A DNA stretch of 64,000 nucleotides, taken from IMG/VR virus record IMGVR_UViG_3300027747_002427. One strand, given 5' to 3'. A program made the translations under genes and the position numbers. The notes under the pieces were generated by a model, which saw nothing but the letters and a program-made list of their open reading frames with translations, did not search any database and had not been told where the DNA came from. Source of the stretch: a virus (taxonomy: Duplodnaviria > Caudoviricetes). Numbering within the stretch: position 1 is the first letter of the stretch; each line of letters begins with the position of its first letter. This document shows positions 50,433 through 60,443 of the stretch, in pieces.

Positions 50433-50506
50433 GCCTGGTTAGTTTAATGGTAAAACGGTTGATTTGTAATCATCAAACAAGAGTTCGATTCTCTTACTAG
50501 GCTCCA
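50433..50506 (+). tRNA. tRNA-Thr(UGU)
   Basis: Cloverleaf with a TTTGTAA loop and CCA. Confidence 0.85.
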
Positions 50507-50674
50507 CCATCCTTGTAGGGGGTAAGTATTTATGTGCTTACTGTATTTGAAGGCGCTATGACGGGGTTGATGCTTATTCCCTTTGTAATTGGTTATATAA
50601 CTTTTTTAATATTTAAATATACTTGTAAAATTCTTCTTGCAATTATACGTAAACTATCATAGTATATAAACCAT

Positions 50675-50746
50675 GTCCTCATAGTGTAGCGGTTAGCACC
50701 AGCCCCTTTCACGGGCTTAGCAGGGGTTCAAATCCCCTTGAGGATG
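50675..50746 (+). tRNA. tRNA-Glu(UUC)
   Basis: Cloverleaf with a CTTTCAC loop. Confidence 0.85.
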
Positions 50747-50762
50747 TTAAATAATTTTATAT

Positions 50763-50852
50763 GGAAGCTTACTCAAGCGGTTTACGAGAGCGGTTTACTA
50801 AACCGCCGAGCCTTCATCGGCTCCGTGGGTTCGAATCCCACAGCTTCCTCCA
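50763..50852 (+). tRNA. tRNA-Ser with ACU anticodon
   Basis: GCGGT-TTACTAA-ACCGC; long variable arm GAGCC/GGCTC; CCA. Confidence 0.85.
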
Positions 50853-50855
50853 TAT

Positions 50856-50933
50856 GCGTCAATGCCTGAGAAGCCCAAAGGAAAGGTCTGCAAAACCTTA
50901 AAGCCGTAGGTGCAAATCCTACTTGACGCTCCA
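50856..50933 (+). tRNA. tRNA-Cys(GCA), divergent D and T loops
   Basis: AAGGT-CTGCAAA-ACCTT; U73; CCA; T loop TGCAAAT. Confidence 0.75.
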
Positions 50934-50940
50934 TTTTAAC

Positions 50941-51029
50941 GGAAGTGTGTCTGAGTGGTTTAAAGAGTCAGTCTTGAAAACTGAAGAGGTCTAAAGCCTC
51001 CGTGGGTTCGAATCCCACCGCTTCCTCCA
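50941..51029 (+). tRNA. tRNA-Ser(UGA)
   Basis: Class II cloverleaf with a CTTGAAA loop and CCA. Confidence 0.9.
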
Positions 51030-51052
51030 TATAAAAGGGGGTAAGTATTTAT

Positions 51053-51406
51053 ATGTTTACAAGAATTAAAGATACTCTCCAAGGTAAAGCTCCTATAACA
51101 GCTTCTCGCTCTCCTAAATGGAATGGTGTGAGAGATGCACATTTAAAACAACAACCTAATTGTGCAGTTTGCGAAGGTAATGAAAATCTTAATGTTCATC
51201 ATATTAAACCCTTTCATTTACACCCAGATTTAGAATTAGAACCTACTAATCTTATTACTCTTTGTGAATGTGAGAAGCATGGTGTTAATTGTCATTTACT
51301 CATTGGGCATTTAGGTAATTTTAGAAATGTTAATCCACATGTGTTAGAAGATGTTCCACTTTGGAATGCTAGACTAAAAGAAAAAAACAATAATCCAGAC
51401 TTATAG
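51053..51406 (+). CDS. HNH endonuclease
   Basis: CAVC...NVHHIKP...NLITLC...CHLLIGH. Confidence 0.85.
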   Translation: MFTRIKDTLQGKAPITASRSPKWNGVRDAHLKQQPNCAVCEGNENLNVHHIKPFHLHPDLELEPTNLITLCECEKHGVNCHLLIGHLGNFRNVNPHVLEDVPLWNARLKEKNNNPDL

Positions 51407-51454
51407 TTATTGCCTTACTGATGAAGATGTATTAATATATACATCATAAGCATC

Positions 51455-51529
51455 CGGGATGTAGCTCAGCTTGGCTAGAGCGCTTGGTTTGGGACCAAGA
51501 TGTCGTAGGTTCGAATCCTATCATCCCGA
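51455..51529 (+). tRNA. tRNA-Pro(UGG)
   Basis: CGGGATG/CATCCCG acceptor stem; TTTGGGA loop. Confidence 0.9.
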
Positions 51530-51536
51530 AATTTAA

Positions 51537-51611
51537 TGTCGAGTAGCTCAGTGGTAGAGCGGAGAGCTGTTAACTCTTTGGTCGTAGGTTCAAATCCTAC
51601 CTCGACAGCCA
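51537..51611 (+). tRNA. tRNA-Asn(GUU)
   Basis: Cloverleaf with a CTGTTAA loop and CCA. Confidence 0.9.
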
Positions 51612-52311
51612 ACTTTTTTTGAAACTCTTAGGGTAAGTAATATCATCTATGACCCTTTCTCCAGTAGTTTCCTCTCTCCCAGCCACTCCAAATATAGGGT
51701 GGAATAATTCTTGGGTTTCCGTACCCAATGACCAAAGTAGATCTTTATTTGCTCAAGCAATGTATAAAGTTAATGAATTAGGTAGTAATGGAATTACAGT
51801 TATTGCTGGGACTAATCAAGTAGATGGTAAATTTGGGGGTCTTCAAACAATAACTTCAACGGTTTTTGCAGGATTGACTTCTTCCGGGACTACAGCAGTA
51901 AGTGCGATATCTATTCCTACATTCCCAGCTGGGTTCGTTTTAAACGGCAATTTTACATCTATAAAATTAACAAGTGGTCAAGTCATTGCTTATAACGCTT
52001 AAATTATAAATATAATATCATGAGTATAAAAATAGTAACAAAACCAGAAGAATCATTAACAATTGAATCCGTAGAAGTAATAGCTGTAAGAGATTTATTT
52101 GACGAAAAAAAGATTATAGCTCGTATAGCAGGTCTCCCTAGAGGCGTTATCCTTTGGGAAGGAGATACAGAATATACAGCAGCCGGTAATTGGACAAATG
52201 AAACAGCAATAGCTAAGGCAAACGAGGTTATTAATTCCGGTTCTATTAAGTGGGCTTAATTTAGCTTAAAAAACTAATTGCATTTATTAATCATTTCTTT
52301 ATAATAAGGGA

Positions 52312-53310
52312 ATGATTAATTTTGTTGATATCATAGTAGGTCTTGCTTGGGGGGATGAAGGCAAAGGTAAAGTCTCAAGCGCTTTAGCCAAAGATTATGA
52401 CATGGTATGTCGTTGGAATGGTGGTCCAAATGCTGGTCATACGGTTTATCTAAATGATAAGAAATATAAAACACATCTGATTCCTTCTGGAGTATTTCAC
52501 GGTAAGCCTTCTATTATAGGTCCTAATTGTGTTATTAATATCAGCAAGTTTTGGGAAGAGATGGAATATCTTAAAGAGAATGGGTTTGATACTTCTTTAG
52601 TAAAAATTCATCCTCATGCTCATGTGATTACTAAAGATCATATTAAATTTGATTTGGATTATCTCAAACCAAAATTAGGAACAACCGGTCAAGGCATTGC
52701 TCCTTGTTATGCGGCAAAAGCAAATAGAGTAGGAGTTCAAATTAAAGATTCTTCGATTGATCCGATATATCATTGGAATGGAAAATTACAAGGTAAAATT
52801 CTTTGCGAAGGAGCACAAAGTATTTGGTTGGATATCAATTACGGGGATTATCCTTATGTAACAAGTTCTGAAACGTTTCCTCATAATGCTTGTTCTCTTG
52901 GATTTTCTCCAAAAAAGATCAGAGACATTATTGGAGTAGCAAAGATCTATGATACAAAAAGTGGTGTAGATCCTTTATTTCCAGAAACACTTTGGGACGA
53001 TCCTATTCTTGATAAAGTCATTGAAATTGGAGGAGAAGTAGGAACGACAACTGGAAGAAAAAGAATTGTAAACTGGCTAAATGTTAGAAAGCTAGTTGAG
53101 GCTATTAATCTTTCAGGAGTAACAAAGCTTATTATTAATAAGTGTGATGTACTAGAAAAGGTTGGCGAATTTAGATATAATTTTGATAATAATGGATTTG
53201 TATCAATTGGTCTTAATCCATTTAAGAAAAGTTTAACAAAAGATATAATAGAAAACACAGAACTTAAAGAAGAAGATATTGTATTTTCCGGTGACACGAC
53301 TAAAATATAA
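52312..53310 (+). CDS. purA: Adenylosuccinate synthetase
   Basis: WGDEGKGK, GGPNAGHT, GTTGQGIAP, EGAQ, YPYVTSS, GTTTGRKR, NKCD. Confidence 0.93.
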   Translation: MINFVDIIVGLAWGDEGKGKVSSALAKDYDMVCRWNGGPNAGHTVYLNDKKYKTHLIPSGVFHGKPSIIGPNCVINISKFWEEMEYLKENGFDTSLVKIHPHAHVITKDHIKFDLDYLKPKLGTTGQGIAPCYAAKANRVGVQIKDSSIDPIYHWNGKLQGKILCEGAQSIWLDINYGDYPYVTSSETFPHNACSLGFSPKKIRDIIGVAKIYDTKSGVDPLFPETLWDDPILDKVIEIGGEVGTTTGRKRIVNWLNVRKLVEAINLSGVTKLIINKCDVLEKVGEFRYNFDNNGFVSIGLNPFKKSLTKDIIENTELKEEDIVFSGDTTKI

Positions 53311-53312
53311 CC

Positions 53313-53627
53313 ATGAGTAATTCCACATCATCAGCCTTCAAAGGCATTCCCACTAAACTTACAAACAATCCAGAGGTTGTTGAAGAAATTCTTCTTACAG
53401 AAGTTCCTGTAATTGATGAGACTTTATTAGAAACACCATCTACTGAAACACCTATAGTTGAAGTACCAATTGCAGAAGGTTCATTATTAGAGAATCCTAT
53501 TATTGATGAAACTTTATTAGAAGAAGGTTCTTTAGAAGAACAACATAAAGATCTTTTGAAGAAAGAGGAAAGTGTTTTGGAAAGAAAGATTGAAGTTTTA
53601 GAAGAACTTAAAACTTTAATTTCTTAA
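53313..53627 (+). CDS. Acidic low-complexity protein with repeated LLE/IxE motifs
   Basis: IDETLLE occurs twice; also SLLE, ILLTE, VLE. Confidence 0.55.
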   Translation: MSNSTSSAFKGIPTKLTNNPEVVEEILLTEVPVIDETLLETPSTETPIVEVPIAEGSLLENPIIDETLLEEGSLEEQHKDLLKKEESVLERKIEVLEELKTLIS

Positions 53628-53635
53628 AAATTTAT

Positions 53636-53706
53636 TTCCTGGTGGTGTAATGGTAGCACAAGAGTTTTTGGCACTCTTTGTCGAGGTTCGAGTCCTTGCC
53701 GGGAAG
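53636..53706 (+). tRNA. tRNA-Gln(UUG)
   Basis: Cloverleaf with a TTTTGGC loop. Confidence 0.85.
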
Positions 53707-54114
53707 CTTTTTAGTTGATATTCCTTTATAAAACATTTAATATATAAACAATGAGCGAAGAAAATACAAAGACAGTAAGACTAATGGAATCCTTTACCAC
53801 ATATGAGTGCCATGGAGACATTAAACTTAATCTTGATATTTTCCCGGAATTGAAAGATAAGACAAATCAAGAAATTCAAACTTGGTTAAATGAAAATTCT
53901 GGTAATCTTTATATTGATTGTTATAGCCAAGAACTTCGCAAAGATCAATATTATATATATTCCCAAGAAGAATTAGATGATATGTTGGTTAATGGAGAAG
54001 ATCCTGAAATAGATGATAGTGTAATAGAACTTTCAGAATATTGGTCAAATACGGAAGTGATTTGGGATAAAATCAAGTGTGAAGAAAAGACTTTGCATGT
54101 ACAATAATTTAAAT

Positions 54115-54199
54115 GGGTAGATCGCATAGCGGCAATTGCCGGAGACTGTAAATCTCCTCTCCTCGGAGTTCGAAGGTTCGAGTCCTTCTCTGCCCACCA
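54115..54199 (+). tRNA. tRNA-Tyr(GUA)
   Basis: Class II cloverleaf with a CTGTAAA loop and CCA. Confidence 0.9.
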
Positions 54200-54868
54200 T
54201 TTTATGAAAATTAAAACTAAACTTACAAAAATTTGTACAGGTGTTTATCTTTGCGAAATTGATAATGCTTATGATTTGGCAATGACTTTTTGTAGGGTTC
54301 AAGAATTTTATGAATCTTCTTTTGAGCAAATAAGAGGCAAAAATTTTAATATGATGGAATTTCAAAGAATTTATTCTTTGAAAAATGGAGGAACTTTTAC
54401 ATATCCTGAAGACTGGTCTGGTTTTAATATTCCTAGTGGTATTTTAGATAAATTTTATAAAGGTTCTTGGGTTCAGACAGATTGGAATATGTATGATTCA
54501 GTATTAAAAAAAGTGATCAATCAAATAAAAGAAAACAAACCTTATTATTTGATAGGGACACAGAAAAAGGATCAAGATACCATCAATCATGAATTATGTC
54601 ATGCGTTTTATAAATTAGATAAAAAATATAAAAAAAGTGTAACCAAACTTATTAATAGTATTCCAAGAAGACTTTTAGATAAAATGAAAAATGTTCTTCG
54701 TAAAACCGGATATTGCGATAATGTATTAAGAGATGAAATACAAGCATATCTTTCCTGTGACCAAGCCTTTTTAGGCGATGCAATAAGATCCGATTGGGAG
54801 AAAATAGAAAAGTGGGGTATTGTTTTTGAAAAACATTTTAATAAACATATTACCCTAAATATAAAGAA

Positions 54869-56008
54869 ATGAACTTTAAAGATTTCTATAACAACGAAGA
54901 AGGACACATGGTTCTTGTTAAAGACGTTGAGATTAGTGAGGCGTTATCATATCACCTGAAACATAAATTAACCTTAAGTGAAAATGCTTTTAGAATATAT
55001 TCAGATCAATACTTTGCTTTAATTCAAGAAGCTAGAGATCTTTATAATCAAGATGCCTTGGCTTTAAATGACGAAGATGTAGAATTAGTTGAATCTTCTT
55101 TAGGTGAAAAAGCAATTTACAACGGAAGAGAAGTTTATTTAGAAGCCCCTCTTTATCTAAGTGAGGATATTATATTAGAAGCAACATTGGAGCCTAATTC
55201 TATTGATACAACAATTTATGTTGATATGGATGGGGTTTTAGCTGATTTAAGAAAAGCAGTTTGTCAATATGTTGGTAAAGATCATGTTGAAGACGAAGAT
55301 TATGACAAATATTTCTTAGATCATAAAGACAATATAAAAGATTGTTTTAGAAATCTTACAAAATTCGATTCAACAGATTATTTAATTAAGCTTGTTTCGG
55401 ATGTTGCAGGGTCTTATAAAATTTGTTCATCGCCTTTAAGAAGTGATAGAGAAAATTCATCCATCGGAAAAAGTGAATGGTTAGAATCCAATTTAGAAAT
55501 TAAACCTTTAGAGAAAATTTTTACAGGCCGCAAAGAGTCCTATGCTACTACAAACGGCAAACCTAATATTTTAATAGATGATAAAGAAAAAAATATTAGA
55601 AGGTGGGAAGATAAAGGCGGAATAGGAATTCTTTATTCGGCAGAACATGATAGTCTAGACACAATTGTTCAAGGTTTAGAAAGAGCTAAAAAAATATTAA
55701 TGGGTGAAAGTACAATTACAGAAGCTATTAAAAATGGTAAAAAAGTAAAACTCGGCCATCCATTTAGAACCCCAGGAGGTCCTAAGAAATTTGCCGTTTA
55801 TGTTAAGACACCCAAAGGTTCTATCAAGAAAGTAACCTTTGGAGATCCTAATATGAAGGTTCGTAATAATAATAAAGCTAGAGCTAAATCATTTAGAGCA
55901 AGACATAAATGTTCTCAAAAGAAAGATAGAACAACGGCTGGTTATTGGAGCTGTAATGTTTCTCGATATCGTAAAGCTTTAGGTTTAAAATCTTCAAGAG
56001 TCTGGTAA
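54869..56008 (+). CDS. Three-module protein: N-terminal domain, HAD 5'(3')-deoxyribonucleotidase-like domain, basic C-terminal domain
   Basis: IYVDMDGVLAD and ILIDD HAD motifs; KVKLGHPFRTPGGPKKFAVYVK...TFGDP C-terminal module. Confidence 0.75.
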   Translation: MNFKDFYNNEEGHMVLVKDVEISEALSYHLKHKLTLSENAFRIYSDQYFALIQEARDLYNQDALALNDEDVELVESSLGEKAIYNGREVYLEAPLYLSEDIILEATLEPNSIDTTIYVDMDGVLADLRKAVCQYVGKDHVEDEDYDKYFLDHKDNIKDCFRNLTKFDSTDYLIKLVSDVAGSYKICSSPLRSDRENSSIGKSEWLESNLEIKPLEKIFTGRKESYATTNGKPNILIDDKEKNIRRWEDKGGIGILYSAEHDSLDTIVQGLERAKKILMGESTITEAIKNGKKVKLGHPFRTPGGPKKFAVYVKTPKGSIKKVTFGDPNMKVRNNNKARAKSFRARHKCSQKKDRTTAGYWSCNVSRYRKALGLKSSRVW

Positions 56009-56307
56009 TGAGCCTTCCGTTTCAGCAAGAAAGGATATCTGATAAAGAAGTTATCAGATCATTTTCAGAATTTATAGATGAAGAAGATTTAAAATGGCAT
56101 TTTGATAAAGAAGACAGAATAGTTGAAGCTTTAGAACCTACGGATTGGTTAATTCAATTTGATAACCAATTACCCCAATTAATAGAAGGCAAAATAGAAA
56201 TCCCTGCTGGAATATATCACAGAGTAATAAAAGGAAAAAAAGATTTTAAAATTAAAATTAAAATGTCTTGATCTTTCTTATCAGGTGTATTAATATAAAC
56301 ATGATAT

Positions 56308-56383
56308 GCACGAGTAGCTCAGTGGTAGTAGCGTTTCGCTTACACCGAAAATGTCGGGGGTTCGAATCCCTCCTCGTGTACCA
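56308..56383 (+). tRNA. tRNA-Val(UAC)
   Basis: Cloverleaf with a CTTACAC loop and CCA. Confidence 0.9.
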
Positions 56384-56384
56384 T

Positions 56385-56457
<73 letters not shown>

Positions 56458-57027
56458 CTCCACTATTATGAATTCTTTAATAACAAATTTTCTAATTTTA
56501 GTAGGGGTTTGTTATATTATAGCTTTTATAGCGTCTATAATTTATAGACTAAGACACCCAAGCAAAAAGAACTTGATAGAAGAAGGTTGTCGTTTGGTTA
56601 TCTATAAAATAGCTACAAAAAGAAAAGGAAAATATTTTACTACCTTTAATACTTTAAAACATGATTTAAGATTAAATGTAATTGGAATAAACAAAGAAAA
56701 TGCTTGCGAAATAACAAGGTGCGTTTTAGAAAAATTGATGGAAAATAAAATAATTGAATTAGATACACATTTGGAAATTGATGTTTATCATGAAATTTAA
56801 AATATTAATATTTTTTTTATACATCACATCAATATTTGCCAAAGATACTAACTCTAATAATGGCTCAATTGATTTAAACAAATTTTTATCAGATATGCAA
56901 GATCAATATTATCTTAAAATTATAGAAAAGAAAAAAATTGATATAATCTTGACAGGTCAAACCTTTTTCGATTATAATATTAATCGTAATTATACCTATA
57001 GTTGTTTTAAAATAAAATTTTAATAAA

Positions 57028-57549
57028 ATGCATAAAGATTTAGAAAATATATTATTCTCAAAAATTTCCCTTTCAGCAAAAATTAAATCTCTTGGAAGAA
57101 CTATTAGTAAAGATTACAAAGAAGAGCCTTTAACTATTATCAGTCTTATGGCTGGTAGTATTTTATTTACAGCTGATTTAATAAGGGAAATCAATATTCC
57201 AATTCAATTATACACTATAACAGTCTCAAGTTATAATGGAGAAAAAATAAGTTCAGGGACGCTCAATATTCAAGGGCATATACCAGATTGTAAAGATAAA
57301 AACGTTTTAATAGTAGATGATATTTTAGATTCCGGTTTAACTCTTTATACGTTAAAAAACCGATTAAATGAATTGAATCCCAAATCAGTTAAAACTTGTG
57401 TTTTATTAAATAAGAAAATTGAAAGACCATATACAATAGATCCTGATTATTATGGATTTGAAATAGGAGAAGAATTTGTTGTAGGTTATGGATTAGATTA
57501 TCAGGGACTATATAGAAATATCCCTTATATTGGTACTCTTAAGAATTAA
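57028..57549 (+). CDS. hpt: Hypoxanthine phosphoribosyltransferase
   Basis: GSILFTADL, SSY, VLIVDDILDSGLTL, FVVGYGLDY..YRNIPYIG. Confidence 0.92.
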   Translation: MHKDLENILFSKISLSAKIKSLGRTISKDYKEEPLTIISLMAGSILFTADLIREINIPIQLYTITVSSYNGEKISSGTLNIQGHIPDCKDKNVLIVDDILDSGLTLYTLKNRLNELNPKSVKTCVLLNKKIERPYTIDPDYYGFEIGEEFVVGYGLDYQGLYRNIPYIGTLKN

Positions 57550-57550
57550 T

Positions 57551-58141
57551 ATGAATTGTGGATATTTAAAAAGAGAAACGGTTTTAGTTTTAAATCGTAA
57601 TTGGCAAGCTATACACGTTAAATCACCGGCTGAAGCATTGGCTGCAATGTTCAGTGATGATGCAACCGGCCTAGATGTTCAAGGAACAGATAATATGATT
57701 CCTTATAGATGGGATCAATGGATTAATTTGCCTTATGATGAAAATGCTTCTTACATTAAAACAGTAAGAGGAGATATAAAAATACCAAAGATTATTATCC
57801 TAGCAGAATTTGATAAAGTTCCACAAAAAAGACCAAAGTTTTCTTCTAAAGCTATTTGGAGAAGAGATGAAAGTATTTGCCAATATACAGGTCAAAAATT
57901 AACTCCTAATGAGGGTAATATTGATCATGTTATTCCAAGATCAAAAGGCGGCAAGACTAGTTGGACTAACTGTGTTTTAGTTCATAAAGAAGTAAATGCT
58001 AGGAAAGCGGATAAAATGCCACATGAAGCAGGTTTAAAATTAATCAGACAACCACAAATTCCTAAAGCATTACCTACTACATTTTACATTAAAAATAAAC
58101 ATAAAATCCAGGAATGGGAAATTTTCTTAAAATATGAATAG
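57551..58141 (+). CDS. HNH endonuclease (McrA-like)
   Basis: VLVLN, RRDESICQYTG, IDHVIPRSKGG..SWTNCV. Confidence 0.85.
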   Translation: MNCGYLKRETVLVLNRNWQAIHVKSPAEALAAMFSDDATGLDVQGTDNMIPYRWDQWINLPYDENASYIKTVRGDIKIPKIIILAEFDKVPQKRPKFSSKAIWRRDESICQYTGQKLTPNEGNIDHVIPRSKGGKTSWTNCVLVHKEVNARKADKMPHEAGLKLIRQPQIPKALPTTFYIKNKHKIQEWEIFLKYE

Positions 58142-58538
58142 AATATCTTGGGAAGAATATGCTTTAAAAATAGCAGAAGTAGCTTCATTAAGAAGTGAGG
58201 ATCCTCGTACTAAAGTAGGTTGCTGTTTACTTCGCACAGATAATACCGTAGCTAGTTTAGGTTATAATGGAGCTCCAGCTGGAGTGGAAATAGAATGGAA
58301 TAACCGTGAAGAAAAACACAAAAGGGTTATTCACGCAGAGATTAATGCTCTTAGAATGGTTAAACCAGGAGAGTGTTATCTAGCAGCAGTAACTCATTCT
58401 TGTTGCAATGATTGTTTAAAATCTTTAGCAGCCTACGGAATCAAAAAAATAATTTATAAAACTCATTACGATACAGGCACCTCATATTCATTTACAGAGA
58501 TAGCCAAAGATTTCGGAATTGAAGTAGTAAATTTATGA
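58134..58538 (+). CDS. dCMP deaminase
   Basis: RSEDP..KVGC, GYNG, IHAEINAL, CCNDC zinc motif. Confidence 0.9.
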   Translation: MNRISWEEYALKIAEVASLRSEDPRTKVGCCLLRTDNTVASLGYNGAPAGVEIEWNNREEKHKRVIHAEINALRMVKPGECYLAAVTHSCCNDCLKSLAAYGIKKIIYKTHYDTGTSYSFTEIAKDFGIEVVNL

Positions 58539-58730
58539 TTTACGGTGGCTTTGTTTCCACCATTTACACCAACCATTTGGTTTAATATCACCAGCTACAG
58601 CTGAACACTTATTAGGCGAACGCCACATAGTACATTCATCACAGCGTTGACCCTTTACAGTGTGATCAACGTAACCTGCTTCTGATTTAGGATGTTTGGC
58701 TTTTTCTTCTATAAATGTTTTGAAATTCAT
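58533..58730 (-). CDS. HiPIP-like [4Fe-4S] protein with capsid-targeting-like N-terminus
   Basis: GY..H..KGQRCDEC..W....KC..VAGDIKPNGWC..W; starts MNFKTFIEE. Confidence 0.75.
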   Translation of the reverse strand: MNFKTFIEEKAKHPKSEAGYVDHTVKGQRCDECTMWRSPNKCSAVAGDIKPNGWCKWWKQSHRKS

Positions 58731-58738
58731 AGAATTAT

Positions 58739-60412
58739 TTATGCCTCACAACTCTTACAAGTCATAATTGAACGAGCAAGTTCTTTTGCTGGGTTAGAAC
58801 TTCTCTGATAATAGAGACTTTTAATTCCATTTTCCCATGCAAAAATGATAAGCTCATTTACTGCTTTAGGCGGTGTTCCTGCTGGAATCATAAGATTCAA
58901 ACTTTGACCCTGATCAATATATTTTTGTCTAGCAGATGCTTGAATAACAATTTCTTTTTGAGAAGTTTCAGCAAAGGTTTTAAATACATCTTTTTCTTCT
59001 TGAGTAAGAAAATTAAGATGTTGAATTGATCCTCCATGAGTTAGAATATCTTTCCAGGTTTCTTCGTCATTCTTATCTTTGGATTTGAGTAATGCTTTAA
59101 GATAAGGATTTTTATAAGTGAATTTGCCCTTTGCTAAATCTTTAACAAAGTAATTTGATTCTAAAGGTTCAATACTTGGAGATACTTGACCAAGAATAAA
59201 TGAACTAGAGGTTGTAGGAGCTACCGCTAAAGTAGTCGTATTTCTACGATTGCAACCTTTTAGTAATTCTGGTTCTCCTATTAATTCGGAAAGATCTTTA
59301 GTTGCTTTGTCTGCTCTTTCTCTTATGGTTTTCCAAATAGTTGAATTAAGAAGCTTTGCTTCCATGGATTCAAATGCAATCATTTTAGATTGTAAAAGTG
59401 AATGCCAACCGAGAATACCAAGACCTAATGCTCTATGCCTTACTGCAAAATTTCTAGGCGCATCCATAAAAGGCATACCTTCGGTTTTATTAATAAATTC
59501 TGACATAACAGCATCCAAGAAATAAATCATCGTTTCTACTGCATCAGTATCTTTCCATTCTTCCCACTTTTCCAAATTCATAGAAGAAAGATCACAAACA
59601 AATGATTCTTCTTCATTATTAGGAAGCATAATTTCTGTACAAAGATTAGAATGATTAATCTTCATCTTTGCATCTTTATAAACTTGCGGAGCTTGATTGT
59701 TTACATTATCGGTAAAGAAAATATAAGGATAACCAGATTCAAAACGCTTCTTAAGAACAAGACCCCAAATTCTACGCTTTTCTTTATCTCCTTCAATCAT
59801 AGATTTCATCCATTCATCGGTAATGGTAACACCGATAGAAAGATTTTGAATACTGTTTCCTTCTGAGCGAATAGCTAAGAATTCTTCTATGTCCTTATGA
59901 TCAATAGGAAGATATGAAGCAAAAGACCCACGACGAACATTCCCTTGAGAAATGACACTCATGAGGCTTTCAAAGAGTTCCATGAAATGAACCGTACCTG
60001 TAGATTCACCACCTGATGAGATAGGTTCTCCTCTGCCTCTTAAGGAGCCGAAATAAGCTGAAGTACCTCCACCTCCTTTTGTCATCATTCCAACTTCTGA
60101 AACCTTTTCTAAGATACCTTCCATGGTATCTGGAATATGAGAACCGAAGCAAGAAATAGGAAGACCTCTTTTACGACCGAAATTAGACCAAATAGGAGAT
60201 GCTAAAGAATAAAATCCTCTATGCATGTAATCTTCAAACTTTTTTGCAAATTTTGTATCGCCTGTAAATTCTACTAAAATCTTTTGAGCAGCTTTTGCTA
60301 TATCATGAATTCTTTGTTCTGGTGTTTCGTCTTCTAAAAGATAACCTCTCTGGAGAAATTTTCTTGAATCCTTGTTTAGCCAATAAATGTTGCTTGTTGC
60401 CTCTGTAGTCAT
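58739..60412 (-). CDS. nrdA: Ribonucleotide reductase class Ia alpha subunit (no ATP cone)
   Basis: ISCF, GGGTS, RRG, SNLCTEI, GLGILG, APTTSSS, YIDQGQSLN, SLYY, CKSC. Confidence 0.95.
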   Translation of the reverse strand: MTTEATSNIYWLNKDSRKFLQRGYLLEDETPEQRIHDIAKAAQKILVEFTGDTKFAKKFEDYMHRGFYSLASPIWSNFGRKRGLPISCFGSHIPDTMEGILEKVSEVGMMTKGGGGTSAYFGSLRGRGEPISSGGESTGTVHFMELFESLMSVISQGNVRRGSFASYLPIDHKDIEEFLAIRSEGNSIQNLSIGVTITDEWMKSMIEGDKEKRRIWGLVLKKRFESGYPYIFFTDNVNNQAPQVYKDAKMKINHSNLCTEIMLPNNEEESFVCDLSSMNLEKWEEWKDTDAVETMIYFLDAVMSEFINKTEGMPFMDAPRNFAVRHRALGLGILGWHSLLQSKMIAFESMEAKLLNSTIWKTIRERADKATKDLSELIGEPELLKGCNRRNTTTLAVAPTTSSSFILGQVSPSIEPLESNYFVKDLAKGKFTYKNPYLKALLKSKDKNDEETWKDILTHGGSIQHLNFLTQEEKDVFKTFAETSQKEIVIQASARQKYIDQGQSLNLMIPAGTPPKAVNELIIFAWENGIKSLYYQRSSNPAKELARSIMTCKSCEA

Positions 60413-60443
60413 AACCTGTTTTATATTTTATCTCTTTTTAAGA

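Noticed and set aside
52312-53310. PurZ (2-aminoadenine DNA pathway)
   Set aside because: The motif is GDEGKG with the PurA catalytic Asp, not the GSTGKG of PurZ.
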